DNA of 64,000 nucleotides from Candidatus Bathyarchaeota archaeon (GCA_963826715.1 CAWGYA010000008.1:1229930-1293929), one strand, 5' to 3'; shown: positions 1 through 10,330, numbered from the stretch's first letter. The notes: generated from the letters alone by a model not told the origin. Program-made: numbers and translations.

Positions 1-634
1 TGCGTTCCCCTATGTTACCGGGTACAAAGAGGATGCGTTTGTAGCCTCGCGCTATGGCAACGTCGATTTGCGGTACAAGGGAGCGCCGGCAGGCTTCCAG
101 CGAGAGCGGTTTAACGACACCTGTGGTGCCAAGTATTGATACCCCGCCTTTTATGCCGAGTTTATCGTTCATTGTCTTTTTGGTTATGTTTGCGCCTTCG
201 GGTGCGCTGATTAGTATTTCGGCTCCTTTACCCCCGGGCAAGACTTCTTTTACGGCTTCAGTTATCATTGCTTTTGGGACAGGGTTTATGGCTCCTTCAC
301 CTATAGGCACCTGCAAACCTGCCTTAGTGACAATACCGATACCGGCGCCACTTTTAATGGTAATTTTGCCGTCGTCCGTGAGCTTGACGATCGCTACGAT
401 TTCCATTTTGTCGGTAGCATCTATGTCTTCTCCCGCATCCTTAACTGCGATCGCCTCTGCAGAATCCTCCGAGAGTTTACGGCTGGATTTCACGGGCACC
501 TCAAACCGCAACCCGATAGGGGTTGGGATAACTACCCGCTCCACTGGCTCCTTTAACGCGGCAATGGTGGCAGCTTTTGCTGCCGCTGCAGCCGTTGCCC
601 CTGTTGTAATGCCGTACTTTAAAAAACGTGCCAA
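1..634 (-). CDS. cbiD: cobalt-precorrin-5B C1-methyltransferase (runs off left edge)
   Basis: Hand translation from TTG at 634 gives MARFLKYGITTGATAAAAAKAA (CbiD G.TTG..AAAAAKAA motif). The frame continues with VKDAGEDIDAT, GAGIGIVTKAGL, AINPVP and GGVSILGTTGVV. Missing from the ORF track because it has no stop in the window. Confidence 0.9.
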   Translation of the reverse strand, partial: MARFLKYGITTGATAAAAAKAATIAALKEPVERVVIPTPIGLRFEVPVKSSRKLSEDSAEAIAVKDAGEDIDATDKMEIVAIVKLTDDGKITIKSGAGIGIVTKAGLQVPIGEGAINPVPKAMITEAVKEVLPGGKGAEILISAPEGANITKKTMNDKLGIKGGVSILGTTGVVKPLSLEACRRSLVPQIDVAIARGYKRILFVPGNIGER

Positions 635-646
635 CTATTTCCCTCT

Positions 647-1720
647 CTAACCGTACAATTTGCCTTCAGCTTTCGTAAGGAGGGCATTAAAGACTGCAAC
701 CGCTATTGTGCTTCCACCTTTGCGTCCACGAGTAATCACAAAGGGAACTGAAAGTTTTGCTACAACCTCTTTGGATTCTGCTGCACCTACAAAGCCCACC
801 GGAACCCCAACGATCAAAGCTGGTTTTACTTTGCCCGCTTTGATTTGATCTGCCAATTCGAAAGCCGCAGTTGGGGCATTACCAATTAGTATGATTGCGC
901 CATCTAGGCCGTCTTTAATGGCTAAACGCATGGCCGCTGCAGATCGTGTTAAGCCTTCCTTCTTGGCAAGTTCCATTGCCCTTTCATCATTCATATAAGT
1001 GACAACTCTGCTACCGAATTTTTTAAGCCGAGCATCGTTGATTCCTGCTTTCACCATTTTTACGTCGGTGACAACTTTTGCACCTGCTTTGATGGCGGCT
1101 ACTCCTGATTTGACGGCATCGTCACTTATGACTAAGAGTTTAGCAAATTCTGGATCAGCGGTAGTATGAACAACCCGTTCAACAATTGCCACTTTATCTT
1201 CAGGGAGCTTGGCTAATTCGTCACCTATCGCTTCTCGGATAAGCATCATGCTTTTGTCGACTATTTTGCCTGCTTTCTCAACGCTGTAGGCGTCTACGAT
1301 TTCACTGTCTTTTTTTATTTCTATTCCGAGGGCTTTTTCAGCTTTTTCTTCTAGGATATCAGCTATGCGTTCGTCGCTGCCCAATGGTTCGCCGTAGACG
1401 AGTTCTATGCCTTTCTCTTTAAGCATAGGTTCTTTTTCTTTTACACCTATTAAATCCGGTATATCTTCGGTGGTGTGAACTCCAGGGGCAAGGAACGCTG
1501 GAACCAGAACAATCTTTACTGCTCCATTAGAAACTGCTTCATCTATTGCTTCATTTACGGTTGGGGTGTCACGTATCATAAATGCTATTTTAACTGTTCT
1601 AAATTTGCCTCGACTGCGAAGCATTGTTGCGAGTTTTTCAAGGTTTTCTCGATTATGGGGCAGTTTACTTCCATGCCCAATTAATATCAAACCAACAGTG
1701 TCTAAAGCTGTTTTATTCAA
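647..1720 (-). CDS. fusion of sirohydrochlorin cobaltochelatase (CbiX-small type) and precorrin-8X methylmutase (CbiC/CobH)
   Basis: N-terminal GHGS...PAFLAPGVHTTEDIP (CbiX). C-terminal RVVHTTAD, TRSAAA, IGNAPTA, GVPVGFVGAAESK, GRKGGS (CbiC). Confidence 0.9.
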   Translation of the reverse strand: MNKTALDTVGLILIGHGSKLPHNRENLEKLATMLRSRGKFRTVKIAFMIRDTPTVNEAIDEAVSNGAVKIVLVPAFLAPGVHTTEDIPDLIGVKEKEPMLKEKGIELVYGEPLGSDERIADILEEKAEKALGIEIKKDSEIVDAYSVEKAGKIVDKSMMLIREAIGDELAKLPEDKVAIVERVVHTTADPEFAKLLVISDDAVKSGVAAIKAGAKVVTDVKMVKAGINDARLKKFGSRVVTYMNDERAMELAKKEGLTRSAAAMRLAIKDGLDGAIILIGNAPTAAFELADQIKAGKVKPALIVGVPVGFVGAAESKEVVAKLSVPFVITRGRKGGSTIAVAVFNALLTKAEGKLYG

Positions 1721-3006
1721 CTATTTTTCCCCGTTTTCTCAAACAATTTAGCCGCAACCTCGATGGCTTGCTTGTCACCGTTTTTTGCTGCCACCCTAAG
1801 ATTTTCAACAACTGGAATAAAGGTTTGCTTGAGCAAAATGGATGTTAAATCATTTAAAACACGTTTTTGGCGCTCATCAAGGTCACCCATCATGCTAAGT
1901 GCGGTGACAAGTTCCCTTTGGCGAATCTGTTCAGTTTGAGAGAGAATTTCGGATATGATTAATCGTACGCTGAAACTCTTCATGTCTTCCTCCAGGATGA
2001 GGAGTTCTTCGTCTAGGAGAGTTTGGGCTTTCTCTATAGCTTTTTCCCGCTGGGCTTTATTTTTTTCTGCAATCATCTGAAGGTCGTCGATACAATAGAG
2101 TTTAGCCCCTCCAACCTCAACTACGGATTTTTCGACGTTTCGAGGGTTAGAGATGTCAATAATGATCATTGGAGTAGGGTTCTTGCGAAGCGACATTAAA
2201 TGTCTGATAATTTCTTTAGTTAACAAGTAATGAGGCGCCGAAGTTGAACATATCACTACATCGGCGTCAACCATGACTTCATCGAACTTATCCCACCGTA
2301 CCGCTTGTCCCTTGAGGTCTTCGGCAAGTTTGACCGCACGATCATAGGTTCGGTTGGCTATGAAAATTGGGCTTAAACAGCGGCGAGCTAAAGCTTTAGA
2401 GACAAGTGTGCCGATTTCGCCTGCCCCCATGACGAGGATTTTTTTATCCTCCAAATTTCCTAGTATTGTTACGGCTAATTCAACTGCAGCTGAGCCAATA
2501 GAAACGGCACCTTTATTAATACCTGTTTTGCTGCGGACTTTTCTACCTACCGTCATGGCTCTGTTAAAGAGATGCTTGAGAATTGGACCCAAAGTTTTTG
2601 CCTTATCTGCCATGAGGTAAGCGTCCCAGACTTGGTTTAGGATTTGATCCTCTCCAATAACCATGGACTCCATACCTGAGGTGACTCTTAGCAGGTGATT
2701 GAAGGCATCGTTATCCGTGTTGATTTCTAAGGCTTTTGCCACTTCAGCTTCGTGATCGCCTGCCTTTTTTGCCAGCCAGTTCTTAGCGGTTGCAGATGTG
2801 GTTTTTGCTTCTTCACTGACAAGGTAGATTTCTATTCGGTTACAAGTTTGAAGATAGATGCATTCCTCTACGCCCTCTAAGTTGCGTATCTCTTCAAGGG
2901 CTTCAGACTTCTCTTTGAAGGCGACTGCTTCCATTAGCATTACACGCGCTGTTTTATGCGTGATGCAAATGTTGATAACGTGGTCTACCTTCGCCTTGGA
3001 ATGCAT
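1717..3006 (-). CDS. hemA: glutamyl-tRNA reductase
   Basis: TCNRIE, GMESMVIGEDQI, GAGEIG, ANRT, DISNPRNV motifs. Confidence 0.95.
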   Translation of the reverse strand: MHSKAKVDHVINICITHKTARVMLMEAVAFKEKSEALEEIRNLEGVEECIYLQTCNRIEIYLVSEEAKTTSATAKNWLAKKAGDHEAEVAKALEINTDNDAFNHLLRVTSGMESMVIGEDQILNQVWDAYLMADKAKTLGPILKHLFNRAMTVGRKVRSKTGINKGAVSIGSAAVELAVTILGNLEDKKILVMGAGEIGTLVSKALARRCLSPIFIANRTYDRAVKLAEDLKGQAVRWDKFDEVMVDADVVICSTSAPHYLLTKEIIRHLMSLRKNPTPMIIIDISNPRNVEKSVVEVGGAKLYCIDDLQMIAEKNKAQREKAIEKAQTLLDEELLILEEDMKSFSVRLIISEILSQTEQIRQRELVTALSMMGDLDERQKRVLNDLTSILLKQTFIPVVENLRVAAKNGDKQAIEVAAKLFEKTGKNS

Positions 3007-3069
3007 GGTTGGATAAACCGACCGGCTTAAATATAACGTTTACGGTAAATACAATTCAGGGCTCTTTGG

Positions 3070-4635
3070 TTGATTTTACATCACAAAATTGGTCTAATTT
3101 ATCTTCCAGGTGCGCTTCCATGCTTTGAAGACTTCGGGAACCTCCCAACCCATATAGTAACCGCCGATGCTCAAGTCAACGGCAAGCCCGCATCGGAGGT
3201 TTTAGACATGCTTATTATTCCAGGCGGTAGTTTGGTTGAATCCCAAAGCGTTAACCCCCAAGTTACCCGCGAAATTATGAAGATGGCAGAATCGGGCAAG
3301 TTCGTGCTGGGGGTCTGCTCGGGATTTCAGGTTTTGGCAAAAGAAACTGATGTCGGACGCCTTTCGACAATTCCTATCACACGCGCGGGGATGGGGTTAC
3401 TGGACGCCGAATTCAAACCGCTCGTTTGCACTGACCGTGTTACTGCCAGCGTAGTCGACAAGAGCTTCATAACACAGGAACTTGGAAAAGAGGTCTCAGG
3501 TTTTCACTGCCACACTTATGGGCAGATTGTGCTCCATGGTGGCTCCAAACCAATCATAATAACTCACGCCAAACGCGTTAATTACAAAAAAAACCCACAG
3601 GAACTGATTTCTGGTGTCGCCAACAAAGAAGGCAACGTAGTAGGAGTATTCATCCACTCACTGCTCGACCAGAACCCAACAATTATTGAAAGTATCCAAA
3701 AATCACTTGACATCAACCAGCTTGAGCTCGATGCTATCCGGCAAGAAAACTCTAAACTCTTGGAGAAAATCAAAGGCGAAGTCGGCATAGCAACCAATAT
3801 CCGCCAAAAAACATCAATTGCTCAAAAATCATCCAAGTTAATCATGGTCACCGCATTAGGCAGTGGCTCAGGTAAAACCTTCATCGTAACAGGTATCGCA
3901 GGAGCCCTGAAGAAGCGAGGTTTCAAAGTTGGCGTCATAAAAGTGGGCGGAGACATCCGCGACGCTGTGCCATCGCTTTACCTACTCAAGGAGCCAATTA
4001 AGGAGTTTTCATCAATTAAAATTGGAGAGAGCGGCTGGACTCCACTGGAACAAGCAGTTATGGACGCGAGCAAAATATACGATTTCCTGCTTGTAGAGGG
4101 TGCAATGAGTGCATTTACTGGGCTGCTTAACGATAATTTTAAGCGTCCCATGTCCACAGCTGAGGTTGCGGCTGCCCTTGGAGCTTCCACCATAGTTGTT
4201 GTGGGCTGCGATAAGGAAGGCTTAGAGGGAGCTCTAATTAGCACTTTAAATTATGTGAACACACTTCGGAACCTTGACGTGAATATGAAGGGTGTAATAC
4301 TAAATAAGCTGCGAATTAGCTACATAACAGACGAAACGAAACAGATGATGAAGCAAGCATTCGCCAAAGCAGGTGTGGAGCTGCTGGGCATGGTTCCCCG
4401 TCTAGACTTAGAAGGCAGAGGTATGATCCCAGAAATCGAAATCCGCTACGAAGACTTTGGAGCCCAAGCCATTGATGCCGCAGAAAAAAACATCAACCTC
4501 GACATGCTAAATCAAATTGCTGCCCCACCCAAATATGCCAAGATAGACTACGATGCGTTCACTGCTAAATTCAAAAAACTCTTAACCAACAACACTCTTA
4601 ACGCTTATCAAGGTGGAAACAAAGAAAATTGCTAA
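3070..4635 (+). CDS. CobB/CobQ-like amidotransferase with N-terminal GATase and C-terminal P-loop domain
   Basis: IPGGS, GVCSG (catalytic Cys), GFHCH and GVFIH in the N-half; GSGSGKT, VEGAM and GVILNK in the C-half. Confidence 0.75.
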   Translation: MILHHKIGLIYLPGALPCFEDFGNLPTHIVTADAQVNGKPASEVLDMLIIPGGSLVESQSVNPQVTREIMKMAESGKFVLGVCSGFQVLAKETDVGRLSTIPITRAGMGLLDAEFKPLVCTDRVTASVVDKSFITQELGKEVSGFHCHTYGQIVLHGGSKPIIITHAKRVNYKKNPQELISGVANKEGNVVGVFIHSLLDQNPTIIESIQKSLDINQLELDAIRQENSKLLEKIKGEVGIATNIRQKTSIAQKSSKLIMVTALGSGSGKTFIVTGIAGALKKRGFKVGVIKVGGDIRDAVPSLYLLKEPIKEFSSIKIGESGWTPLEQAVMDASKIYDFLLVEGAMSAFTGLLNDNFKRPMSTAEVAAALGASTIVVVGCDKEGLEGALISTLNYVNTLRNLDVNMKGVILNKLRISYITDETKQMMKQAFAKAGVELLGMVPRLDLEGRGMIPEIEIRYEDFGAQAIDAAEKNINLDMLNQIAAPPKYAKIDYDAFTAKFKKLLTNNTLNAYQGGNKENC

Positions 4636-5285
4636 TTGACCTCAAACTTGACGGAAAAACTGTTATGGTAGTTGGTGGCGGAGAAGAAGGTTATCGTAAA
4701 ACTCAAAGCTTCGTTGACTCAGGCGCAAAAATCTGGGTTATAAGCAGGGACTTCTCAGAAGGTATCCAGCGGTTAGGCAAGGAGAAGAAGATTGCTTTGC
4801 TAAAGACAGGTATTAAGGAAGCCCAAGCATTTTTCGATAGCCTTAGCCCCAAGCCAGATTTCTTCTTGGCCGCCACAGATAATAGTGCTCTTAACCTTGA
4901 ACTGCTTAAAGCCGCTAAATTTTATGGATGTATTGCCTACGCTGTAGACAACCCTGTGCAAAGCGACTTCATACTGCCCGCAGTTGCTAAGGTCGGTGAC
5001 GTGAAGGTTGCGGTTTCCACTAGCGGGAAAAGCCCCGCAATGGCACGGATCCTCCGTGAACGTATAGAGAAAATGGTTACCCCTCAAGACCTCCTTGAAA
5101 TTGAACTCCAAGAAAAAACCCGTACAGCACTAAAAATCGCGGTTTCTGACCCCAAATTGCGAAGCAAAATGTTATATGATATTTTAAATAGTGTAGAAAT
5201 CAAAAAGGTATTGTCCGAGGGCAAATTAGCTGAGGCTGAAACTCTGGCTATGACACTAATTAAGGAAAAGGAGTTAGCGAAATGA
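4629..5285 (+). CDS. precorrin-2 dehydrogenase / sirohydrochlorin ferrochelatase (SirC/CysG-N family)
   Basis: VVGGG, AATD, VDNP..DFILPA, VSTSGKSPAMAR. Confidence 0.9.
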   Translation: MLIDLKLDGKTVMVVGGGEEGYRKTQSFVDSGAKIWVISRDFSEGIQRLGKEKKIALLKTGIKEAQAFFDSLSPKPDFFLAATDNSALNLELLKAAKFYGCIAYAVDNPVQSDFILPAVAKVGDVKVAVSTSGKSPAMARILRERIEKMVTPQDLLEIELQEKTRTALKIAVSDPKLRSKMLYDILNSVEIKKVLSEGKLAEAETLAMTLIKEKELAK

Positions 5286-6256
5286 GTTTTCCAACGATAC
5301 GAATGCGTAGGTTGCGCAGAACACAGGCTATGCGTGACATGCTAAACCAGATTACACTCAACCCAGCACATTTAATTTACCCAATTTTTGTTGAGGAAGG
5401 CATCAAAAAGCCAGTTCCAATTGGCTCTATGCCCGGGTATTCACGATTGCCTCTCTCTCTGGTTGCAGAGGAAGGAAAAGCAGCCTTGGCGCAAGGCGTC
5501 AAGAGCGTTTTGCTCTTTGGTATCCCCGCCAAAAAAGATGAGGCGGGCACCTCTGCACACGCCGAAAACGGTGTTGTACAGCAAGCTGTCCGCGAACTCA
5601 AAAAAACATGCGGTGACGAACTAGTTGTTATCGGGGATGTATGCCTTTGCGAATACATGAGCCACGGTCACTGCGGAATCGTCAAAAACGGAGAAGTACA
5701 AAACGACCCCACACTTGAGCTTTTAGGTAGAATTGCTGTGAGCTATGCCGAAGCAGGCGTCGACATTGTAGCGCCATCCGCTATGATGGACGGGCAAATC
5801 GCAGCCATCCGCGAAGCCCTAGACGAAACAGGGCACGAACAAATCCCAATAATCGCATACGCAGCCAAGTACGCCTCTAGCTTTTACGGCCCCTTCCGTG
5901 AGGCAGCCGAATCCACACCCAAATTCGGTAACCGACGTAGCTACCAGATGAGCCAAAGCAGTCAACAAGAGGCAATGCGTGAAATGGAACTCGACATCGA
6001 GGAAGGCGCCGACATGATAATGGTGAAACCCGCCCTTGCATATTTTGACATAATCGCTCTTGCAAAAGCTAACTTTAATGTGCCCATTGTAGCCTACAAC
6101 GTAAGCGGTGAGTTCAGCATGGTCAAAGCCGCAGCTCAAAACGGGTGGATAGACGAAAAAACCCTAATTCGAGAAATTCTCATCGGCATGAAACGTGCAG
6201 GCGCAGACCTAATAATCACCTACCACGCTAAAGACGCAAAATCATGGTTGACATAA
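5282..6256 (+). CDS. hemB: porphobilinogen synthase
   Basis: RMRRLR, DVCLCEY..HGHCG, APSAMMDG, YGPFREA, MVKPA. Confidence 0.97.
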   Translation: MSFPTIRMRRLRRTQAMRDMLNQITLNPAHLIYPIFVEEGIKKPVPIGSMPGYSRLPLSLVAEEGKAALAQGVKSVLLFGIPAKKDEAGTSAHAENGVVQQAVRELKKTCGDELVVIGDVCLCEYMSHGHCGIVKNGEVQNDPTLELLGRIAVSYAEAGVDIVAPSAMMDGQIAAIREALDETGHEQIPIIAYAAKYASSFYGPFREAAESTPKFGNRRSYQMSQSSQQEAMREMELDIEEGADMIMVKPALAYFDIIALAKANFNVPIVAYNVSGEFSMVKAAAQNGWIDEKTLIREILIGMKRAGADLIITYHAKDAKSWLT

Positions 6257-7552
6257 ATGAGCGAATCCAAATCCAAAACCCTATTTGAGCGAGCCAAAAA
6301 AACCTTGCCCGGCGGCGTAAACAGCCCCGTTCGAGCATTTGATCCTTACCCCTTCTTTGTTGAGTACGCCCAAGGCTCCAAACTCTACGACGTAGACGGC
6401 AAATCCTACGTTGACTACTGTATGGCTTATGGCGCTATGCTTCTGGGACATGCAAACAGCGAAATCCTTGAAGCCGTTAGAGCACAGCTTCCAAAAGGCA
6501 CACTCTATGGTATCCCAACAGAGCTTGAAGTAGCCTTCGCAGAGGAAATCAGCAAAGCATCGCCCTGCATGGAAATGATGCGACTTGTAAATTCGGGTAC
6601 AGAAGCCACCATGAGTGCCGTGAGAGCAGCAAGAGGCTACACTAACCGGAAAAAAATCATAAAGTTTGAGGGCTGTTTCCACGGTAGCCACGACAACGTG
6701 CTTGTCAAGGCAGGCTCAGGTGCAACGACTTTTGGTACACCGACTTCGCTTGGTGTCCCCGAGGAGACAACGCGGAACACGATTGTGTTGCCCTACAACG
6801 ACGTTGAAGCTTTAGAATTCACTTTTAAGGTTGAGGGTAGCGATATTGCAGCGTTGATAACTGAACCGGTAATGGGTAACGTTGGTTTAATTCTGCCCAA
6901 AAAAGACTACCTTCAAGCTCTTAGAAAAATCACCGCTGAAAACGGTACTGTACTGATTTTTGACGAAATCATCACAGGCTTCCGCCTCGCATTTGGCGGC
7001 GCGCAGGAATACTTCGGCGTGAAACCTGATATGGCGACCCTTGGCAAAGTTTTGGGCGGCGGTTTCCCACTGGCAGCGTTTGGCGGTAAACGTGAAATCA
7101 TGCAGAACATAAGCCCAATAGGCAAAGTCTACCAAGCCGGTACGTTCAGCGGAAACCCCGTTTCTGCAACCGCAGGCTTCACAATTCTTAAAATTCTTAA
7201 ACAAAAGAAAAACAACATTTATCCAAGACTTGAAAAGAACGCCACTGAACTCAAAAAAGCACTAACTGATCTCGCTGTAACCCACAAAATAGATGCCAAA
7301 GTCTATAGCCTTGCATCGCTCTACCAAATCTTCTTTACCGCCCAACCCATCGTTGACTGTGCCTGCGCGAAAACTTCTGATATCCAAAAGTTCTCAGCAT
7401 ACTTTCAAGAACTCCTACGCCAAGGTGTATTCATCCCTCCAGCACAGTTCGAAACCTGCTTTGTTTCCGCAGCTCACACCGAAGAAGACATACAATTCAC
7501 TATCGCTGCTTTCGATAAGGCGTTGGCGGCAGCTGCTAAAATGGGGCAATAA
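6257..7552 (+). CDS. hemL: glutamate-1-semialdehyde 2,1-aminomutase
   Basis: PGGVNSPVRA, NSGTEA, FDEIITGFR, GKVLGGG, YQAGTFSGNP. Confidence 0.97.
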   Translation: MSESKSKTLFERAKKTLPGGVNSPVRAFDPYPFFVEYAQGSKLYDVDGKSYVDYCMAYGAMLLGHANSEILEAVRAQLPKGTLYGIPTELEVAFAEEISKASPCMEMMRLVNSGTEATMSAVRAARGYTNRKKIIKFEGCFHGSHDNVLVKAGSGATTFGTPTSLGVPEETTRNTIVLPYNDVEALEFTFKVEGSDIAALITEPVMGNVGLILPKKDYLQALRKITAENGTVLIFDEIITGFRLAFGGAQEYFGVKPDMATLGKVLGGGFPLAAFGGKREIMQNISPIGKVYQAGTFSGNPVSATAGFTILKILKQKKNNIYPRLEKNATELKKALTDLAVTHKIDAKVYSLASLYQIFFTAQPIVDCACAKTSDIQKFSAYFQELLRQGVFIPPAQFETCFVSAAHTEEDIQFTIAAFDKALAAAAKMGQ

Positions 7553-7554
7553 TT

Positions 7555-8490
7555 ATGAAGCTAGTCGTTGGTACGCGGGGCAGCAAACTGGCTTTGGCAC
7601 AGACAAACCGTACGCTGGATTGGATTAAAACCAAAAACCCAACTGTTGAGTTTGAATTAAAAATCATCCACACAATGGGCGACAAAGAACACGGTAAACC
7701 CCTCTTTAGCATTGATTGCAAAGGGATTTTCGAGAAAGAAATCGACCAAGAAGTTTTCGCAGGTAAAGTAGACTTTGCGGTGCATAGCCTAAAAGATGTC
7801 CCCATTATGGAGCAGGAGAGAGGCACGGTTTTGGCGTCGATTCCTAAGCGGGATTCTCCTTGTGACGTGTTCATTTCCAAAAATAACGTTAAACTATTAG
7901 ACTTACCCCAAGGGGCAGTGGTCGGAACTGGTAGCCTACGGCGTCTCGCAGAAATCAAGTACCTCCGCCCAGACCTTGAAGTAGCTCCCATCCGAGGCAA
8001 CATCGATACGCGCATCGGCAAAGTCCGCAAAGGAGAAATTGCAGGAATAGTGCTCGCCGAAGCAGGTTTGGAACGCATGAATATCATTGACGAGATGGCT
8101 GAGCGCCTTCCACTTGATCAGTTTCCCTCGGCGGCCGGGCAAGGGGCTATAGCCATAGTCGCCAAAGAAGGCAACAGCGAAGTTATCAAAATTTTGCAGT
8201 CCGTTGAAGATAAGGCGACGGGGGCTGAAATCACCGCAGAACGCAGTTTAGTGCTTAAGCTGGAGGGCGGATGCCGAGTTCCAATCGGCGCAGTAGGAAA
8301 AGTAGAGGGTGATTGTCTCACGCTTTATGGCAGCGTTTTCGCGCTCAATGGCAGAAAAAAAATTAGCGCCTCCGCCAGTGGTACTATTGCCCAAGCAGAA
8401 GAAGTTGGTGCTAAAGTCGGCGAAGACCTAATCAAGCAGGGCGCACAAGACTTCGAGAAAGAGTGGAGAGAAAAGTATGGCGTATGGTAA
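7555..8490 (+). CDS. hemC: hydroxymethylbilane synthase
   Basis: GTRGSKLALAQ, AVHSLKD, GTGSLRR, RGNIDTR, GGCRVPIG. Confidence 0.97.
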   Translation: MKLVVGTRGSKLALAQTNRTLDWIKTKNPTVEFELKIIHTMGDKEHGKPLFSIDCKGIFEKEIDQEVFAGKVDFAVHSLKDVPIMEQERGTVLASIPKRDSPCDVFISKNNVKLLDLPQGAVVGTGSLRRLAEIKYLRPDLEVAPIRGNIDTRIGKVRKGEIAGIVLAEAGLERMNIIDEMAERLPLDQFPSAAGQGAIAIVAKEGNSEVIKILQSVEDKATGAEITAERSLVLKLEGGCRVPIGAVGKVEGDCLTLYGSVFALNGRKKISASASGTIAQAEEVGAKVGEDLIKQGAQDFEKEWREKYGVW

Positions 8491-9235
8491 AGTCTACTTG
8501 GTAGGCTCCGGTCCCGGTGACCCTCAGCTGCTCACGATTAAAGCAGTAAAGCTGCTCAAGGAGGCAGACGTTGTAATATATGATAGGCTTGGTGTCAGTG
8601 AAGACATTCTCTGTTTAGCGCCCGACAATGCCGAACGAATATTTGTTGGTAAACGCACAGGCCTGCATGAGGTGCCACAGGACAAAATCACCGAAATCAT
8701 TATCCAGAAAGCCAAAGAAGGCGGAAAAATTGTGCGCCTCAAAGGGGGCGACCCTTTCATCTTCGGTAGAGGCGGGGAAGAAGCCGAAGCGCTCATTGCG
8801 GAAGGCATAGAGTTCGAAATAGTCCCGGGAGTTAGCTCAGCTGTGGCTGCTCCAATGTATGCAGGCATACCTCTTACTCACCGAGACTACGCAGCATCCG
8901 TGGCAATCATAACAGGTCACCGAGCAGGTGACGCAGAAAAACCGATTGACTGGGTAAAAATCGCCAACGCAGTCGACACCATGGTTATCTTGATGGGTGT
9001 GGAATCACTCAATGGTATAGTTACCAAATTGCTCTATGGTGGTGTTAGTCCAGAAAAACCTGTTGCTGTGGTCGAATCAGGTACTTACTCCACACAGCGA
9101 ACCCTAATCGCCAACTTGGGCACCATTGTGAAGGAAGCTGAAGCTAAAAATATCAAACCCCCCTCCGTTATAGTCATTGGTGAAGTCGCCGAATTAGGCA
9201 GGAAACTTTCATGGTTCAAAAAACCCCTATCCTAA
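8477..9235 (+). CDS. cobA: uroporphyrinogen-III C-methyltransferase
   Basis: VGSGPGDP, RLKGGDPFIFGRGGEE, GIPLTHR. Confidence 0.95.
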   Translation: MAYGKVYLVGSGPGDPQLLTIKAVKLLKEADVVIYDRLGVSEDILCLAPDNAERIFVGKRTGLHEVPQDKITEIIIQKAKEGGKIVRLKGGDPFIFGRGGEEAEALIAEGIEFEIVPGVSSAVAAPMYAGIPLTHRDYAASVAIITGHRAGDAEKPIDWVKIANAVDTMVILMGVESLNGIVTKLLYGGVSPEKPVAVVESGTYSTQRTLIANLGTIVKEAEAKNIKPPSVIVIGEVAELGRKLSWFKKPLS

Positions 9236-10035
9236 AGGGTCGTGTTGTTGCCATCACCCGTCCCACAGGACAGGCGGAAGAAGCAGGCGTACTAATCAAG
9301 GAAATGGGCGGTATTCCTTATTATATTCCAGCCATCGAAATTAAGGGCTTAAGCAATCCTGAATCAGTTACAAATTTCGTTGCTGAACTCTGTGCAGGGC
9401 AGGTTGACTTTGTTGTTTTGATGAGCACCAACGGCGTTAAGTACCTGTTTGCTGCGGCAGAAGAAATCGGGCAAACCCATCAGCTTCGTGAGGGTTTAAC
9501 AAAGAGCTGTGTGATTGCTGTGGGACCAAAAACTGCTGAAGCCATGGAGCAGCACGGCTTGCGGGTGGATTTAGTGCCACAGAAATACAGTGGCGAAGGT
9601 CTCCTAGAAGCTCTCAAAGACACTGACTTGACGGACAAAAAAATCCGCATGCCAAGAACCAGCAACGCCCCACCAGTGCTCAGTGACGCCCTTAAAGCCA
9701 GAGGCGCGGACGTCGAGGAAATTTATGTTTACGAGTCTGGGCTGCCAGTGGATGAGGGATTGAAAACCAAATTCTACGAGGATTTGACTTCTGGTCGGAT
9801 TGATGCGGTGCTCTTCGGTAGCGGGCTGAGTGCCAAAAACATCTTTAAAATGCTCACGGAAAAAGCCCCGTTGGAGACGTTACGCAAAGTCCTCGCCGAA
9901 AAAATAGCAGTCGTCGCCATCGGACCCACCACCGCCCATGCCCTGCAAGAACTCGAAGTCAAAGTTGACGTGATACCGCAGGACTACCTCTTTGAGAGTG
10001 CCCTGTCCGCGTTAGTTGAGTATTGGCACACTTAA
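9211..10035 (+). CDS. hemD: uroporphyrinogen-III synthase
   Basis: AITRP, STNGV, AVGPKTA, AIGPTTA; last gene of the hem operon. Confidence 0.9.
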   Translation: MVQKTPILKGRVVAITRPTGQAEEAGVLIKEMGGIPYYIPAIEIKGLSNPESVTNFVAELCAGQVDFVVLMSTNGVKYLFAAAEEIGQTHQLREGLTKSCVIAVGPKTAEAMEQHGLRVDLVPQKYSGEGLLEALKDTDLTDKKIRMPRTSNAPPVLSDALKARGADVEEIYVYESGLPVDEGLKTKFYEDLTSGRIDAVLFGSGLSAKNIFKMLTEKAPLETLRKVLAEKIAVVAIGPTTAHALQELEVKVDVIPQDYLFESALSALVEYWHT

Positions 10036-10138
10036 CCCTTTTCTGTTTTTTTGGTTGCACCCTTATAGTCACTTACGCTTTAAACCGGTAATCGCCACTA
10101 ATAAAACAGTAAAATAACGCTTTTTAGGAGGTGGAAGT

Positions 10139-10249
10139 ATGGCCACAGACAAAAGCCAGGATGGAGCGTTAAATCAATCCAGCCGCCCTGGAACTCATCA
10201 AAGAGAACTGAGTCAATTGAGGGATTTTGCATCTAAGATTAACCTGTGA
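10139..10249 (+). CDS. putative 36-aa small protein
   Basis: Strong SD (AGGAGGTG) upstream of ATG; MATDKSQDGALNQSSRPGTHQRELSQLRDFASKINL*. Confidence 0.35.
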   Translation: MATDKSQDGALNQSSRPGTHQRELSQLRDFASKINL

Positions 10250-10330
10250 GGAGTTGGGGAAGGCAAGATGGACGAGGGTCAACACACTATATGGGTAATG
10301 ATGCATCATCGTCTTTTAAAATAGCCCAGT

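Noticed and set aside
54-650. 198-aa plus-strand ORF
   Set aside because: Antisense shadow of cbiD.
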